From the human T2T-CHM13v2.0 reference genome, Homo sapiens: 64,000 bases of DNA. Shown here piece after piece: positions 1 to 14,152 of the stretch; the first letter of the stretch is position 1; each line of letters opens with the position of its first letter. The stretch lies in the NCBI RefSeq assembly GCF_009914755.1, contig NC_060942.1; one strand, 5' to 3'. Under the pieces are notes generated by a model that searched no databases, had not been told where the DNA came from, and saw nothing but the letters and a program-made list of their open reading frames with translations. The position numbers and the translations under genes are program-made.

Positions 1-887
1 GGCTGTTTCCAGAACATAAAAGTGCAAGGTGAAGCAGCAAGTGCAGATGCAGAATCTGTTATCCAGATTCTGCAGATGCAGCCTGTTATCCAGAAGATCT
101 GGCTGAGATAATTGATGAAGGTGGCTACACTAAACAACAGATTTTCAGTGAAGATAAATTAGCCTTCTATTGGAAGAAGATGCCATCTAGGTCTTTCATA
201 AGTTGAGAGGAGAAGTCAATTCCTGGCTTCAAGGAGAGGCCAACTCTCTTGTTAGGGACTAATGCAGCTGGTGACTTTAAGTTGAAGCCAATGCTTATTG
301 ACCATTTTGAAAAATCCTAGGGCCCTTAAGAATGATGCTAAGTCTACTCTGCCTGTGCTCTGTAAAGGGAACAACAAAGCCTGGATGACAGCACATCTGT
401 TTACAGTATGGCTTACTGAATATTTTAAGCCTGCTGTTGAGATCTACTACTCAGACAAAAAGATTCCTTTCAAAATATTACTGCTCATTGACAATGCACC
501 TGGTCACACAAGAGCTCTGCTGGAGATGTACAAGGAGATTAATGTTGCTTTCATGCCTGCTAACACAGCATCCATTTTGTAGTCTACGGATCAAGGAATA
601 ATTTGTACTTCCAAGTCTTATTGTTTAATAAATATATTTTGTAAGGCTATAGCTATCATAGATAGTTATTTCTCTGATTGATCTGGGCAAAGTAAATGGA
701 AAACCTCCTGGAAAGTGTTCACTGTTCTAGATGTCATTAAAAACATTTGTGATTCATGGGAGGAGGTGAACATATCAGCAGGAGTGTAATATTAACAGGA
801 GTTTGGAAGAAGTTGATTCCAACCCTCGTGAATGACTTTGATGAGTTCAGGACTTCAGTGGAGAAAGTAACTACAGATGGTGTAGTT
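1..887 (+). mobile_element. Tigger1 (pogo/Tc1-mariner) DNA transposon, internal part with decayed DDE transposase
   Basis: ORF 298-582 has pogo/Tigger DDE motifs (NPRALKN...KAWMT...[12 protein letters not shown]); DNA follows the recalled Tigger1 consensus (gtgcaaggtgaagcagcaagtg..., ttggaagaagatgccatctagg...); stops and frameshifts present. Confidence 0.92.
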
Positions 888-1007
888 ACCCGGGAGGCGG
901 ATGTTGCAGTGAGCTCAGATGGCACCACTGCATTCCAGCCTGGGCAACAGAGTGAGACTCCATCTTAAAATAATACTAATAATAAAGAAAAAGAAAAAGA
1001 AAAAAAA
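888..1007 (+). mobile_element. Alu 3' fragment (end of right arm plus A-tail) inside Tigger1
   Basis: cccgggaggcggatgttgcagtgagc...cctgggcaacagagtgagactccatct followed by an A-rich tail. Confidence 0.92.
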
Positions 1008-1332
1008 TGAAATTGCCACAGCCACTCCAACCTTCAGCAGCCATTACCCTCATCAGCCAGCAGCCATCCACATCAAGGCAAGACCTTCCACCACAAAAAA
1101 AATTATGACTAGCCATAGGCTCAGATAACGATTAGCATTTTTTTTAGCAATAACATATTTTTAAATTAAGGTATGTACATTTTTTTAAAGACATAATGCT
1201 ATTACATACTTAATAAAATACAGTATAGTGTAAACATAACTTTTATATGCACTGGGAAACAAAACAAAATTATGTGACTCAGTTTATTGCTATATTTGCC
1301 TTGTTGAGGTTGTCAGACCCACAGTATCTGTG
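1008..1332 (+). mobile_element. Tigger1 3' portion
   Basis: gaaattgccacagccactccaaccttcagc...gacataatgctatt...tgcactgggaaac matches the recalled Tigger1 3' end. Confidence 0.88.
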
Positions 1333-1499
1333 CGGATTACTGGTACAGTATTCAGGGGATGCAGAGCTCTTAGATGTGGAGGGCTGACTTTTTGTATTAA
1401 TGGGTTCTGCAGGGTGTACTACAGGACTTCGGCATTCGTAGGTTTTCATATCTTCAAGGGGCCCTGGAACCAATCCTTGCAGATACTAAGGGCCAACTG
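1333..1499 (+). mobile_element. MER2/Tigger-family element end (subfamily uncertain)
   Basis: Ends ggggccctggaaccaatccttgcagatactaagggccaactg, like the MER2-type terminus GGGTCCTGGAACCAATCCCCC..GATAC..AGGGACGACTG. Confidence 0.65.
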
Positions 1500-2159
1500 C
1501 ATTCTTGGGATAAAAGGTAGATTTTAACCAGCCCTATATTTGTTTAAGGAAAGGATAAAAAGTCTTTAAAACAAATAATTTACTATGTCTGAAGCCAATG
1601 ATCATTTTGCTTGATTCTGAAATTCTTAATGAGAAAACTCATTTGTATATTATATCCCTCTTGGAAACAATATACAACTTTCAAATCCCCCCCCCCCCCA
1701 CTGTAATTTATTGTGGTTTTGGGCAAAAAGACTTAAAAATAATAAAACTCTGATATCTTAGTTTACAAATATTTAAATTTTCACATTAAAGAGCCTTAAA
1801 AGTTTATTTGAAGCACGTAACAGTATTTTTCTTTACCCTGATCTGTGACCAACCCTATACATTCTTATTCCTAGAAGGAAGACTCTTATAGGCACTATCA
1901 CAGTGATATAGAGATTCATGATGCAGACTGTACCGAACCACCTTACAGTATGCTGTTTGTTCATTAGACACTTGTCAGCAGAAATGGTTGAAGAAACATT
2001 ATAAAACACACATGGGTCCTTTCAACAAATGATGTCAGTTCAACATCTACATGAAAAAAAAAATGAATCTAGACACTGACCTTACACCTTCTACAAAAAC
2101 CAACTCTAAATGGATCATAAACTCAATGTAAAATGCAAAGTTATAAAATTAGACAATAA

Positions 2160-2464
<305 letters not shown>

Positions 2465-2638
2465 AAGATGAGAGGAAGCCCATGTGACCAGGCTTCACAA
2501 TACATTTTTAGATACAACAAAAGCTTGACTGATGAAAGAAAACATTGCTAAACTGGACTTCGTTAAAATTAAAAACTGCTCTTCAAAAAACACCCTTAAG
2601 AGAATAAAAAGCCACAGACTAGGGGAAAGTGTTCATAA

Positions 2639-4164
<1,526 letters not shown>

Positions 4165-4359
4165 AAAAAGGGTTCATGCCCCAAATATACGATTCTTAAA
4201 ATTCAACAATAAGAAAACAAATAACCCAGTTAAAAAATAGGCAAAAGATCTGAACAGATACCTCATCAAAGAAAATGGCAAATAAGCTTATGAAAAAAAT
4301 GTCTGAACAATACATGTCATTAGGGAATTGGAAATTAAAACAGAGATACCACTATGTAC

Positions 4360-4391
<32 letters not shown>

Positions 4392-4556
4392 CATTATTGT
4401 TTTAAGACAGGGTCTCACTCTGTTGCCCAGGTGGGAGTGCAGTGGCATGAACATGGCTCACTGCTTTCTCGACCTCCTGAGCTCATGTGATCCTCCCAGG
4501 TCAGCCTCCCAAGTAGCTGGGACCACAGGCATGCACCACCACACTTGGCTAATTTT
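4360..4556 (-). mobile_element. AluJ right arm with (TTA)n tail; element split by an L1 insertion
   Basis: gacagggtctcactctgttgcccagg...cacacttggctaattt; continues at 6454. Confidence 0.88.
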
Positions 4557-6453
4557 GTTTTAAAATTTAACTTTTAAGTTCTAGGGTACGTGTATAGCTT
4601 TGTTATATAGGTAAACTATGTCATGAAGGTTTGTTGTACAGATTGTTTCATCACCCATGTATTAAGCCTAGTACCCATTAGTTTTCCTGATCCTCTCCCT
4701 CCTCCCACCCTCTGCCCTCTTTCCCATAGACCGCAGTGTGTGTTGTTCCCCTCTTTGTGTCCATGAGTTCCCATCATTTAGCTCCCCCTTATCAGTGAGA
4801 ACATGTTTTACTTGGTTTTCTGTTCCTGTGTAGTTTGCTAAGGATAATGGTCTCCAGCTCCATCCACATTCCTGCAAAGGACAATCTTGTTCTTTTTATG
4901 GCTGCATGGTATTCTATGGTGTGTATGTACTACATTTTCTTTATCCTATCTGTCATTGATGGGCATTTATGTTGATTCCATGTCCTTGCTGTTGTGAATA
5001 GTGCTGCAGTGAACATACACATGCATGTGTCTTTATGGTAGAATGATTTATATTCCTCTGGGTATATACCCAGTAATGGGGTTGCTGGGTTGAATGGGAT
5101 TTCTGTTTTTAGGTCTTTGAGGGATCATCACAGTGCTTTCCACAATGGCTGAACTGATTTACACTCCCACCACCAGTGTATAAGTGTTCTGTTTTCTCTG
5201 CAACCTCACAGGCAGTTGTTATTTTTTGACTTTTTAATAATAGTCATTCCGACTGGTGTGAGATGGTATCTCACTGTGGTTTTGATTTGCATTTCTCTAA
5301 TGATCGGTGATGTTGAACTTTTTTTCATATGCTTGTTGGCCATATGTATGTCTTCTTTTGAAAATTATCTCTGTTCTTGTCTTTTGCCCACTTTTTAAGG
5401 CAGTTGTTCATTTTTTTCTTGTAAATTTAAGTTCCTTAGAGATGCTGGATATTAGACTTTTGTCAGATAATATAGCTTGCAAAATTTTTCTCCCATTTGG
5501 TAGGTTGTCTGTTCATTCTGTTGATAGTTTCTTGCTGTACAGAAGATCTTCAGTTTAACCCACTTGTGCTGGAGGTTACAAATTTTTTTGTGTGAAAAAT
5601 TAGACCTTGGCGATGACCTTGAGTAGCAGGATATAAAAAACCCCACAAGCTTAGTGTTCCAATAATGGAACACTAGGCATAAATAGGTTAATTAGATCCT
5701 GTTTGTCAATTTTTGCTTCTGTTGCAGTTGCTTTGCTTTTGGCATCTTTGTCATGAAATCTTTGCCTTTTCCTATGTCCAGAATAGTATTGCCTAAGTTG
5801 TCTTCCAGGGTTTTTATAGTTTTGAGTTTTACGTTTAAAGTCTTTAATCCATCTTAATTTTAGCATAGTATGTAGAGAAGGGGTCAAGTTTCAATCTTCT
5901 GCATATGGCTAGTCAGTTACACCAGTGCCATTTATTGAATAGGGAGTCCTTTCCCCATTGCTTGCTTTTGTTAGCGTTGTCAAAGATCAGATAGTTGTAG
6001 GTGTGTGGCCTTATTTCTGGTTTCTCTGTTCTGTTCCATTGGTATATGTGTCTGGTTTTGTACCAGTACCATGCTGTCTTGTTTACTGTAGCCCTGTAGT
6101 ATAGTTTGAAGTCAGGTAGCATGATGCCTCTAGATTTTGTTCTTTTTGCTTAGGATTGCATTGGCTATTCAGGCTCTTTTTTTGTTCCATATGAATTTTA
6201 AATAGATTTTTCTAGTTCTGTGAAGAATGTCAGTGGTAGTTTACTAAGAATAGCATTGAATCTATATAAATTGCTTTGAGCAGTATGGCCATTTTAATGA
6301 TATTGATTCTTCATATTCAGGAGCATGGAATTTTTTCCAGTTGTTCATGTCTCTGATTTCTTTGAGCAGTGTTTTGTAGTTCTTGAATAGGTCCTTTACT
6401 TATCTTGTTTGTTAGCTGTATTCCTAGTTTTTTTGTTTCTTTCTTTCTTTTTT
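4557..6453 (-). mobile_element. 5'-truncated L1PA13-like LINE-1 inserted in the AluJ A-rich linker
   Basis: Antisense 3'UTR (gtttgttgtacagattgtttcatcaccc...aagcctagtacccattag) and ORF2 remnant 5913-6122 ([20 protein letters not shown]); TSD cacac(tt/c)ggctaattt on both sides. Confidence 0.88.
5559..5687. mobile_element. MER85 non-autonomous piggyBac MITE (PGBD3 family)
   Basis: TTAA at 5555-5558 and 5688-5691; termini cccacttgtgc / gcataaatagg; body agaccttggcgatgaccttgag...gttccaataatggaacactaggcataaa matches recalled MER85. Confidence 0.92.
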
Positions 6454-6595
6454 CACACCGGCTAATTTAAAACATTTTAGAGATGGGATCTCACCAAGTT
6501 GCCCAGGCTGGTCTCAAACTCCTGGGCTTAAGTGATGGTCCTCCTGCCTCAGCGTCCCAAAGTGCTACGATTACAGGCATGAGCCACCACGCCCC
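6454..6595 (-). mobile_element. AluJ left arm (partner of 4360-4556)
   Basis: gttgcccaggctggtctcaaactcctgggct...cccaaagtgct...gagccaccacgccc. Confidence 0.88.
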
Positions 6596-7110
6596 ACCTA
6601 CACACATGTTAGAATGGCTAAAATCTAAAACACTTACAATGCCAAATGCTGGCAAGGATGTGGAACAAGAAGGACCTTCATTCATTGCTGGTGGGAATGC
6701 AAAATAGAACAGCTGCTTCAGAAAGCAGTCTGGCAGTTTCTTACAAAGGTAATCATAGTCTTAGATATGATCCAGCAATTCTGCTCCTAAGTTTTTGTCA
6801 AAAACATATGTTCACATAAAAATCTGCACACATGGTTATAGCAGCTTTATTCATTTTTGCCAAAAGTTGGAATCAACCAAGATGTCTTTTACCAGGTGAC
6901 TGGATAAACTGGTACATTGAGACAATGGAATATTACTCAATGCTAAGAAGAAATGAGTTTTCAAGCCCCCAAAAGACATTGAGGAATCTTAAATACATAT
7001 TATTAAGTGAAAGAAGTCAGTTTGAATAAGTCTGTATGTTTTATGATTCCAGTTATCTCACATTTTCGAAAAGGCAAAACTATGTACATAGGAAAAAGAT
7101 AAGTATTGTC

Positions 7111-7820
7111 TCACATCCATTAGGAGCAAAAGAACAAGGAAAAGAAATGAAAAAGGAAACTAATGACTATTAGTGAGGATGCAGAGAAAGCAGAACCCTT
7201 ATGCACAGTTGATAGGACTGTAAATGGTTCAACCACTGTGGAAAACAGTATGGCAGTTCCTCAAAAAACTAAAAAGAGAATGATCCAACATTGGATGCAA
7301 CATTCCACTTCAGTATATATACCCAAAATAATTAAAATCAAAGTCTCTAAAAGAAATTTGCACACACATGTTCATTGCAGCATTATACACGATAGCCAAA
7401 AGGTAGAAGAAACCCCAGGTGTTCATCAGTGAATGAAAGGGATAAACAAAATGAAGTATATTCCTTTGATGTAATATTATTCAGCTTTAAAAGGGACACG
7501 TGTTACAACACAAATGAACCTTGAGGACGTTGTGCTGAGTGAAATAAGCTGATCACAGAAAGACAAATTCCAAATAATTTCACTTTTATCAGGCATCAAG
7601 AGTAGTCAGATTTGGAAACAGAAAGTAGAATTGTGGTTCCCCGGGGTGAGGGGAGGGCAGTTGAGATAGGAGAGAAGGGAGTGGGGAGTTATGTAATGGG
7701 GATGGTGTTTCTGTTTTGCGGGGATGAAAAGAGTTCTGGTGGCGATGGTTGCTTAACACTGTAAATGCACTTAAGACTGTGAATTTTATGTTATTTGTAT
7801 TTTCCTATAATTTAAAGAAG
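7111..7820 (+). mobile_element. L1MB-type 3' end nested in the L1MC
   Basis: tgaggatgcagagaaa...ccactgtggaaaacagtatggcagttcctcaaaaa...atgaaccttgaggac; host resumes with aaaagatcaatggttgcc, echoing aaaagataagtattgtc before the insert. Confidence 0.7.
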
Positions 7821-9138
7821 AAAAGATCAATGGTTGCCAGAAAAGTTCAGTGGTTGGGGATGGTGGAGAGGGATATAAGGTAGAACAGAAGGGGTTTTTA
7901 GGGTAGTGAAACCCTTCTGTATGATGTTGTGATGGTGAATATGTGACGTGCATTTGACAAAACCCATTTGGTGGAACTATGGAACTAGGAAAAGTTCTCA
8001 TTGTTTTCCCTATTCATGGTGGGGATTCATTTATGCTAATTGTTTTATCTTCTCTCCATCCTCAAAATTTGTCCTCCTCCTCCTGAGAACAGGTAGCCAG
8101 CTTGCAGTAGTAGCAGCTTTATCTTGTGCAGTCATCTGGTTGTCTTATTTTCATCTTCCTTCCCCAGTTCTTTCCCCCTTTCACTGCTGTAAGGCCAAGG
8201 TGGATGTGTAGGAAGCAGAGGTATCTCCATTTTCCTTTGGAAACTTTCTGCTTCTTACCAGCTCTACACTTTCCGACATACAATGACCCTTTTTGCTAAA
8301 ATTTGGATTCTCAGTTGAACAAAAGATTGAGAGAAAATAGTTGTGTCCCTGTCCCTTGACTCTTCCTTTAAAAGATGTTTCCAGTCACCATACTTACCCT
8401 CTGAGTTTAGATTTTGCCAAATTGTTGGCAGGGTTTGAAGGCCAGGACGCTCTGTGTGCTGCTATTTCTGGATCTGCCATTGACAGCAACCAGATTACAG
8501 TGAAGCCCGTGAACTGACAGTCCAGGGCAAGTGTGCTGTTGCCGTGGGCAGTCCACGATGGGGGCCTCTCCATCCTTCTGAGTTAGGACAGTCATTCCTC
8601 CCGAGGTGGCTTGTCCTTTCTGATGATAGATTGAGGGAGACAAGCAGCACATGAGTAGACACACACCTTGCCCGAGCAGTTGGTGCCATTTAACAGTTTC
8701 TTCCCACTCTTGACATTTTCATTTTCCTCCTTCACCTCGCTCATCACTAGTTGTTTGCATCTTATTTTCTATACACAGCCGTAATGCAGAATGACAGAAC
8801 ACACACACAAGCTCCATTACTCATTTTCTATGCCGTATTCTACTCAAATTACACAGTGATTTTGCATGAGCTGAGCCATGAAAGGGGCATACGATTTTAA
8901 TTGTACACTGGCCTTGTGCAGGGCATCATTCAAGATGGACCGAAATTTTCATGAAGCATGGCTGCTTAAAAAAGCAGCAGTGAAATGAAAAGGTGTTGCA
9001 TTTTTGTTTCGCTCATGCTGGCTTGCACTTGCCTTGTTTATCAAGAAGTCTCTTTCCCAGGGAACAATGAGGATTTTTAAATCACATTCCTGGGGGAAGA
9101 ACATTGTGTTGTCACCCTTTCATTCTCCCTCCCCTCCC

Positions 9139-9420
9139 CCAGTTTTACTGAGGTATAACTAGCAAATAAAAATTGTGTATATTTAAGGTGTACATCATGA
9201 TGTTTCGATACATATATACATTGTGAAATGATTACCACCCCTCACCTCACATAGTTACCTTTTATTATTTGTGGTAAGGAAAGTTAAGATTTACTCTCTC
9301 AGCAGATTGCAAGGATACAATACAGTATTATCAGCTGTAGTCACCATGCTGTACATTACATCCCCAGAATTTGTTTATCTTGCACAACTGAAGCTTCATG
9401 CCCTTTGACCAGCCTCTCCT
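9139..9420 (-). mobile_element. L1MA-type (MA8/9-like) 3' end
   Basis: gaggtataactagcaaataaaaattgtgtatatttaaggtgtaca...gtcaccatgctgtacatta. Confidence 0.8.
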
Positions 9421-9566
9421 GGTCCGTTCATTCTTAAATGCTGTTCTGGGCTCTGGGGTGACTCAATTGTAGAAGCTATACAGCATTTGTCTCTTTTTCT
9501 CCAGCATGATCCCTAGAAAGCCTGAGAATCTATTAAAAACATTGTGGCTTCCTAAAATTAAAGTAA

Positions 9567-9569
<3 letters not shown>

Positions 9570-9609
<40 letters not shown>

Positions 9610-9622
9610 CACACACACACAC
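9570..9622. repeat. Compound (TA)n(CA)n microsatellite
   Basis: Read directly. Confidence 0.97.
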
Positions 9623-10169
9623 GCTATAAAAATGAACAACTTTAGTACAAGAGGTAGCAGAATGGTCGGTCACTGATGCAGACGTTTCTCAAGGATTTTA
9701 GCTTCAGACTTACATGGAATCAACCAGCCTCTCTACTTCCTTATTTCCATGATACTCAAGTCACCAGCTGTGTTAGGGGTTGCATGTCTGATGCCTTTGA
9801 TTTTGAGTGCTGCTTTCCCCTCCTTGTAAAGACGTTTTATTCAAGGATGGAAGGTTGGCTCTGAAGCCTAACATAACTTACAGAAAAAGTGCCGCACACA
9901 GTGTCTTAACTCAGGTAGGTCCTGGGTTTAATGTTTGACGTAGTAAACAGCTGAGGACATGAGAACATGCTGGGACATGAGAATGTGCTGTTTTTCTCAC
10001 ATGAAGTTTTCCTAGTAAATAGACTGAATGGTGAATGTTAGCAGAAACCATTTCTTTTGGCCGCTTGTTTTGGTTTCTGGCAGTGCTTTTGTGCTGGTCA
10101 CTGCTCTTACCTCATTCATTCCCCAGTTCTTGTTATCTTTGCTTTAGTCACATTGATGAGATTTCCAAC

Positions 10170-10360
10170 CTTTTAGCTCACCAACCTTGCTTCTGCCTCA
10201 GGGCCTTTGCCCTTTCTGTGCATCTGCCTGAAGCTCTCCCCAGTTCTGCAGACAGCTACCATTTCCATATTCAGGTCTTCAGTCAAATTGTCCCTGGTTG
10301 CTAATGAGTTCTTATTTGATGACCATATTTAAAATTGCAGGTATACACATGCACATGTAT

Positions 10361-10404
<44 letters not shown>

Positions 10405-10860
10405 TCCCTTCTCTGCTTTATTTTTTTCACTGACTGTTCTCCATCTTACATACTAAATATTTTCCTATTTTCGTTTGTCTCCTGCTACTAGTATGTGAGT
10501 CCATGAATTCAGGAATCCCTCTGCTCTGTATTCTCTGAATTCATTTCTGTGTTCCCAGTCTCCAGAACAATGTCTGGCACTTAGGATATCCATAACTATC
10601 TATTGAATAAGTGAATGAATGGTGGCCAGCCTGCCCACACTGTCTACAGCATCACCACAATTCATTTTCCACCTAGGCACTTACCTGCAGTCTAAAGTTA
10701 TCTTGTTTATTAATGTGTTTCCTTAATTATCACCTGTGTCTCCTTTCCTGAAGTGAAAGGAAGCTCCAAGTGAGGACAGGCCTGGCTTACCTTGCTTAAC
10801 TGACATTCCAGCACCTACTACAGTGCTTGACAGATAGTAAATGCTCAGTAAACAGCAGTT
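10170..10860 (+). mobile_element. L2 3'-end fragments (two ends)
   Basis: cagggcctttgccc..., agaacaatgtctggcacttagg...tattgaataagtgaatgaat, cagtgcttgacagatagtaaatgctcagtaaa. Confidence 0.6.
10363..10400. repeat. (AC)19 microsatellite
   Basis: Read directly. Confidence 0.97.
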
Positions 10861-11303
10861 GGATCAGTGAAGGGCTTGTTCTTCCTGCTTCCCGTCTTCC
10901 TAATACAGCAGTTTTATGTCATTCTTCATAGCACTAGCTCCACTGAATATATCTTTTTTATATTCGTGACACATGTTTTCTTTGACCTTTGGGGTGCCCC
11001 TGGCAATGAAGACTCAAGTGTCAATGGGTTGATGGGAATCCTGGTGCCAAAAGAAATGGCCCGGTCTGTAAACTTGCTTAATCTAGTGCAGAAGCCTTAG
11101 ATCTTTCCTAGAAAGTCAGTGATTTTGACTTTCTTGCCTCATTTCAAAGTCATCTGTCATGTGTTCCCACTCTGTTGGGTTCAGAGGGCTCTGTGGACAG
11201 TTTGGCTTGAAGATTTCCTCTCCATCCAGCCTTCTGGAGGGTGAAAGTGGACGTGCTACACTTGCTTACAAAAAGGAAAGATGACCATAATGTAGCATTT
11301 TCT

Positions 11304-11642
<339 letters not shown>

Positions 11643-12028
11643 TCAAGAGGTTTTTGTATGGTGGCCCAGGCTGAGAAGCTGAGTGTGATTAAAAATTTTC
11701 TTTTGGGGAACCCCTTCCCAAAGTAGGGAAGACAGAGATCTGGAATGTTCCTGCTACCCCTATGGATCTATTCTAGATTCTTTTCCTCAGCCTCCGGGAG
11801 TCTGCTGGATTGGGGCCGGTGGGCCACACTCCTAGTTGAGATCAGAAGGTATGTCCTGCTCATGTTTTCCCTGAGTTTCTTCTCTTGGGCCTTAGCAGTG
11901 TCCACACAAAACCTCTAGAATGGGCTCTCTTGAGACCATCACAGCCTCCAGAGCCACAGTGTGCTGGTTTAGCGTGGCCTTGGCTGCAGTCAGACGTGGA
12001 ATTTCTGTTTTGCCTTTTACACACCTAC

Positions 12029-12277
<249 letters not shown>

Positions 12278-12779
12278 TCAGCTTAGTGACAGGATGAATC
12301 ACTTCAGGCTACAGCAGAAATATGTTTTGAAGAACAGGACTATCTTTGCACAGGGAAAAATGATGAAGAGGCAAAGCAAAAGATCTGTTCAATTTACAGA
12401 TTTTTTTAAAAGCTGTTTTTCTTTTCATAAGGAATGATCTTTAGGATCTTTATTGGTCTTTCTAACACTCAGAATATTCATATTACGAGCTAATGTGGCA
12501 CTGATGTGACTTTTAGAAGCTCCCCTTACAGATGTGGTTAAATTTCTGAATTCCACTAAGAAGACCTGAGATCTCCCATTGGTTTTGTTTCTTGTGTCAG
12601 CTGCATCTGCAGAGCATATAAACTGCTCATGTGGGATTCTTGCCAGTGCAGTTTGCTGTTGTAAAGACCTTAGCCCTGACTGAATTCTCCACAGGGAATG
12701 GTTGGGATGAGTCCTTGGGAAGGCAGTGACAATGAATGTGCCAAGAAGAGGGAGACAACTGTCTCTTGCCAATTTCCAG

Positions 12780-12890
12780 GCTAGTAAATGGAAATGTAAT
12801 CTGCACCAAGTCAGAAGAATGTCTTTTACCCAATCATTCATAAAAATGAAGTCATGGATAAAAACCATCCAGGGGGATCAAGAAGACCCA
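12780..12890 (+). other. Candidate 111-nt phase-0 cassette exon (unverified)
   Basis: Acceptor ctgtctcttgccaatttccAG (AG 12778-12779), donor CCA|gtaagt (12891); only frame 0 is open: ASKWKCNLHQVRRMSFTQSFIKMKSWIKTIQGDQEDP; peptide not recognised. Confidence 0.25.
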
Positions 12891-13170
12891 GTAAGTAATC
12901 CTGTGGAGAGGTGAGCATGTTTCTGCTACAAACATGCAACTCCTGCCACATGCAAAATGATTTGCACTGCCAGAATATAATACTTCCAATAGACTCCTGG
13001 TGTATACCTTCTTTGTCCTGATTGGGTAAGTATTGAATGGCATCTGATGGTGAGGAGCAATGTGGGATCATGGGGTGAAGACTGCAGTAAGCCTGAATAA
13101 TAATTGTTATTGCCATTCTGATCTTATTTTTAATGGCAATATAGTTTGACAGGTGTGCTCATGTATATGA

Positions 13171-13481
13171 TTTTTTTTTTGAGACAGGGTCTTGCTCTGT
13201 TGCCCAGACTGGAATGCAGTGGTACAATCACAGCTCACTGCAGCCTTGAGTTCCTGGAGTCAGGTGATCCTCTCATCTCAGTCTTCTGAATAGTGGGGAC
13301 CACAGGCGGGTGCCACCGGTGGGTGCCACCATGCCTGGCTAAATTTTTTTTTGTATTTTTTGTAGAGATGAGGTTTCTTCATGTTGCCCAGGCTGGTCTC
13401 AAACTCCTGGGCTCAAGCAATCTGTTCACCTTGGCCTTCCAAAATGCTAGGGTTACAGGCATGAGCCACTATATCCAGACC
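13171..13481 (-). mobile_element. AluJ
   Basis: Antisense Alu with J diagnostics (cacagctcactgcagcctt, ctcctgggctcaagcaatc); TSD cat(g/a)tatatgat. Confidence 0.92.
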
Positions 13482-13514
13482 ATATATATGATCTTGATAG
13501 AAGATTATGCTGAG

Positions 13515-14152
13515 ATGCAGCACTATTCACAATAGCCAAGATTTGGAAGCAATCTAAGTGTGTATCAAGAGATGAATGGATAAAGAAAATATGGTATGTA
13601 TACCCAGTGGAGTATTGTTCAGCCATAAAAAAGAATGAGATCCTGTCATTTGCAACAATATGGATGGAACTGGAGGTCATTATGGTAAGTGAAATAAGCC
13701 AGGAACAAAAAGACAAACTTAACATGCTCTCACTTATTTGTAGGAGCTAAAAATTAAAACAGTTGAATTCATGGAAATAGAGAGTAGGACGATGGTTACC
13801 AGAGTCTGGGAATGGTAGTGGTAGTGGGGAAAGAGGGAGGGTTAAAGAGTACTAAAAAAAATAGAAAGAATGAATAAGATCTAGTATTTGATAACACAAC
13901 AGTGTGATTATAATCAATAATAATTTAATTGTACATTTAAAAATAACAAGTATAATTGAATTGTTTGTAACACAAAGGATAAATACTTCACGTGATGTAT
14001 ACCCCGTTTACCCTGATGTGATTATTACACATTGTATGCCTGCATCAGAATATCTCATGTATCCCATAAATATATACACCTATCAGTATGGATACCTATT
14101 ATAATGTATCCACAAAAAAATTAAGAATTAAAAAAGATATATACATTTTAAT
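13515..14152 (+). mobile_element. L1MA (MA2-like) 3' end
   Basis: gcagcactattcacaatagccaagatttggaagcaatctaagtg...gaatgaataagatctagtatttgata; 14-bp TSD aa(g/c)attatgctgag at 13501-13514 and 14153-14166. Confidence 0.88.

Noticed and set aside
298-582. TIGD1-like domesticated transposase gene
   Set aside because: Short fragment with stops, frameshifts and an apparent internal deletion; an ordinary Tigger1 fossil.
1687-1699. C13 homopolymer as a G-quadruplex
   Set aside because: 13 G on the - strand is too short for a three-tier intramolecular G4; a simple mononucleotide run.
8391-8400. Isolated minus-strand donor motifs (also ~19559)
   Set aside because: No convincing paired acceptor or reading frame; single GTAAGT matches are expected at this frequency.
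9955-9990. 18-bp tandem duplication ggacatgagaa(ca/tg)tgctg
   Set aside because: Two copies only; a common slippage event with later CpG decay.
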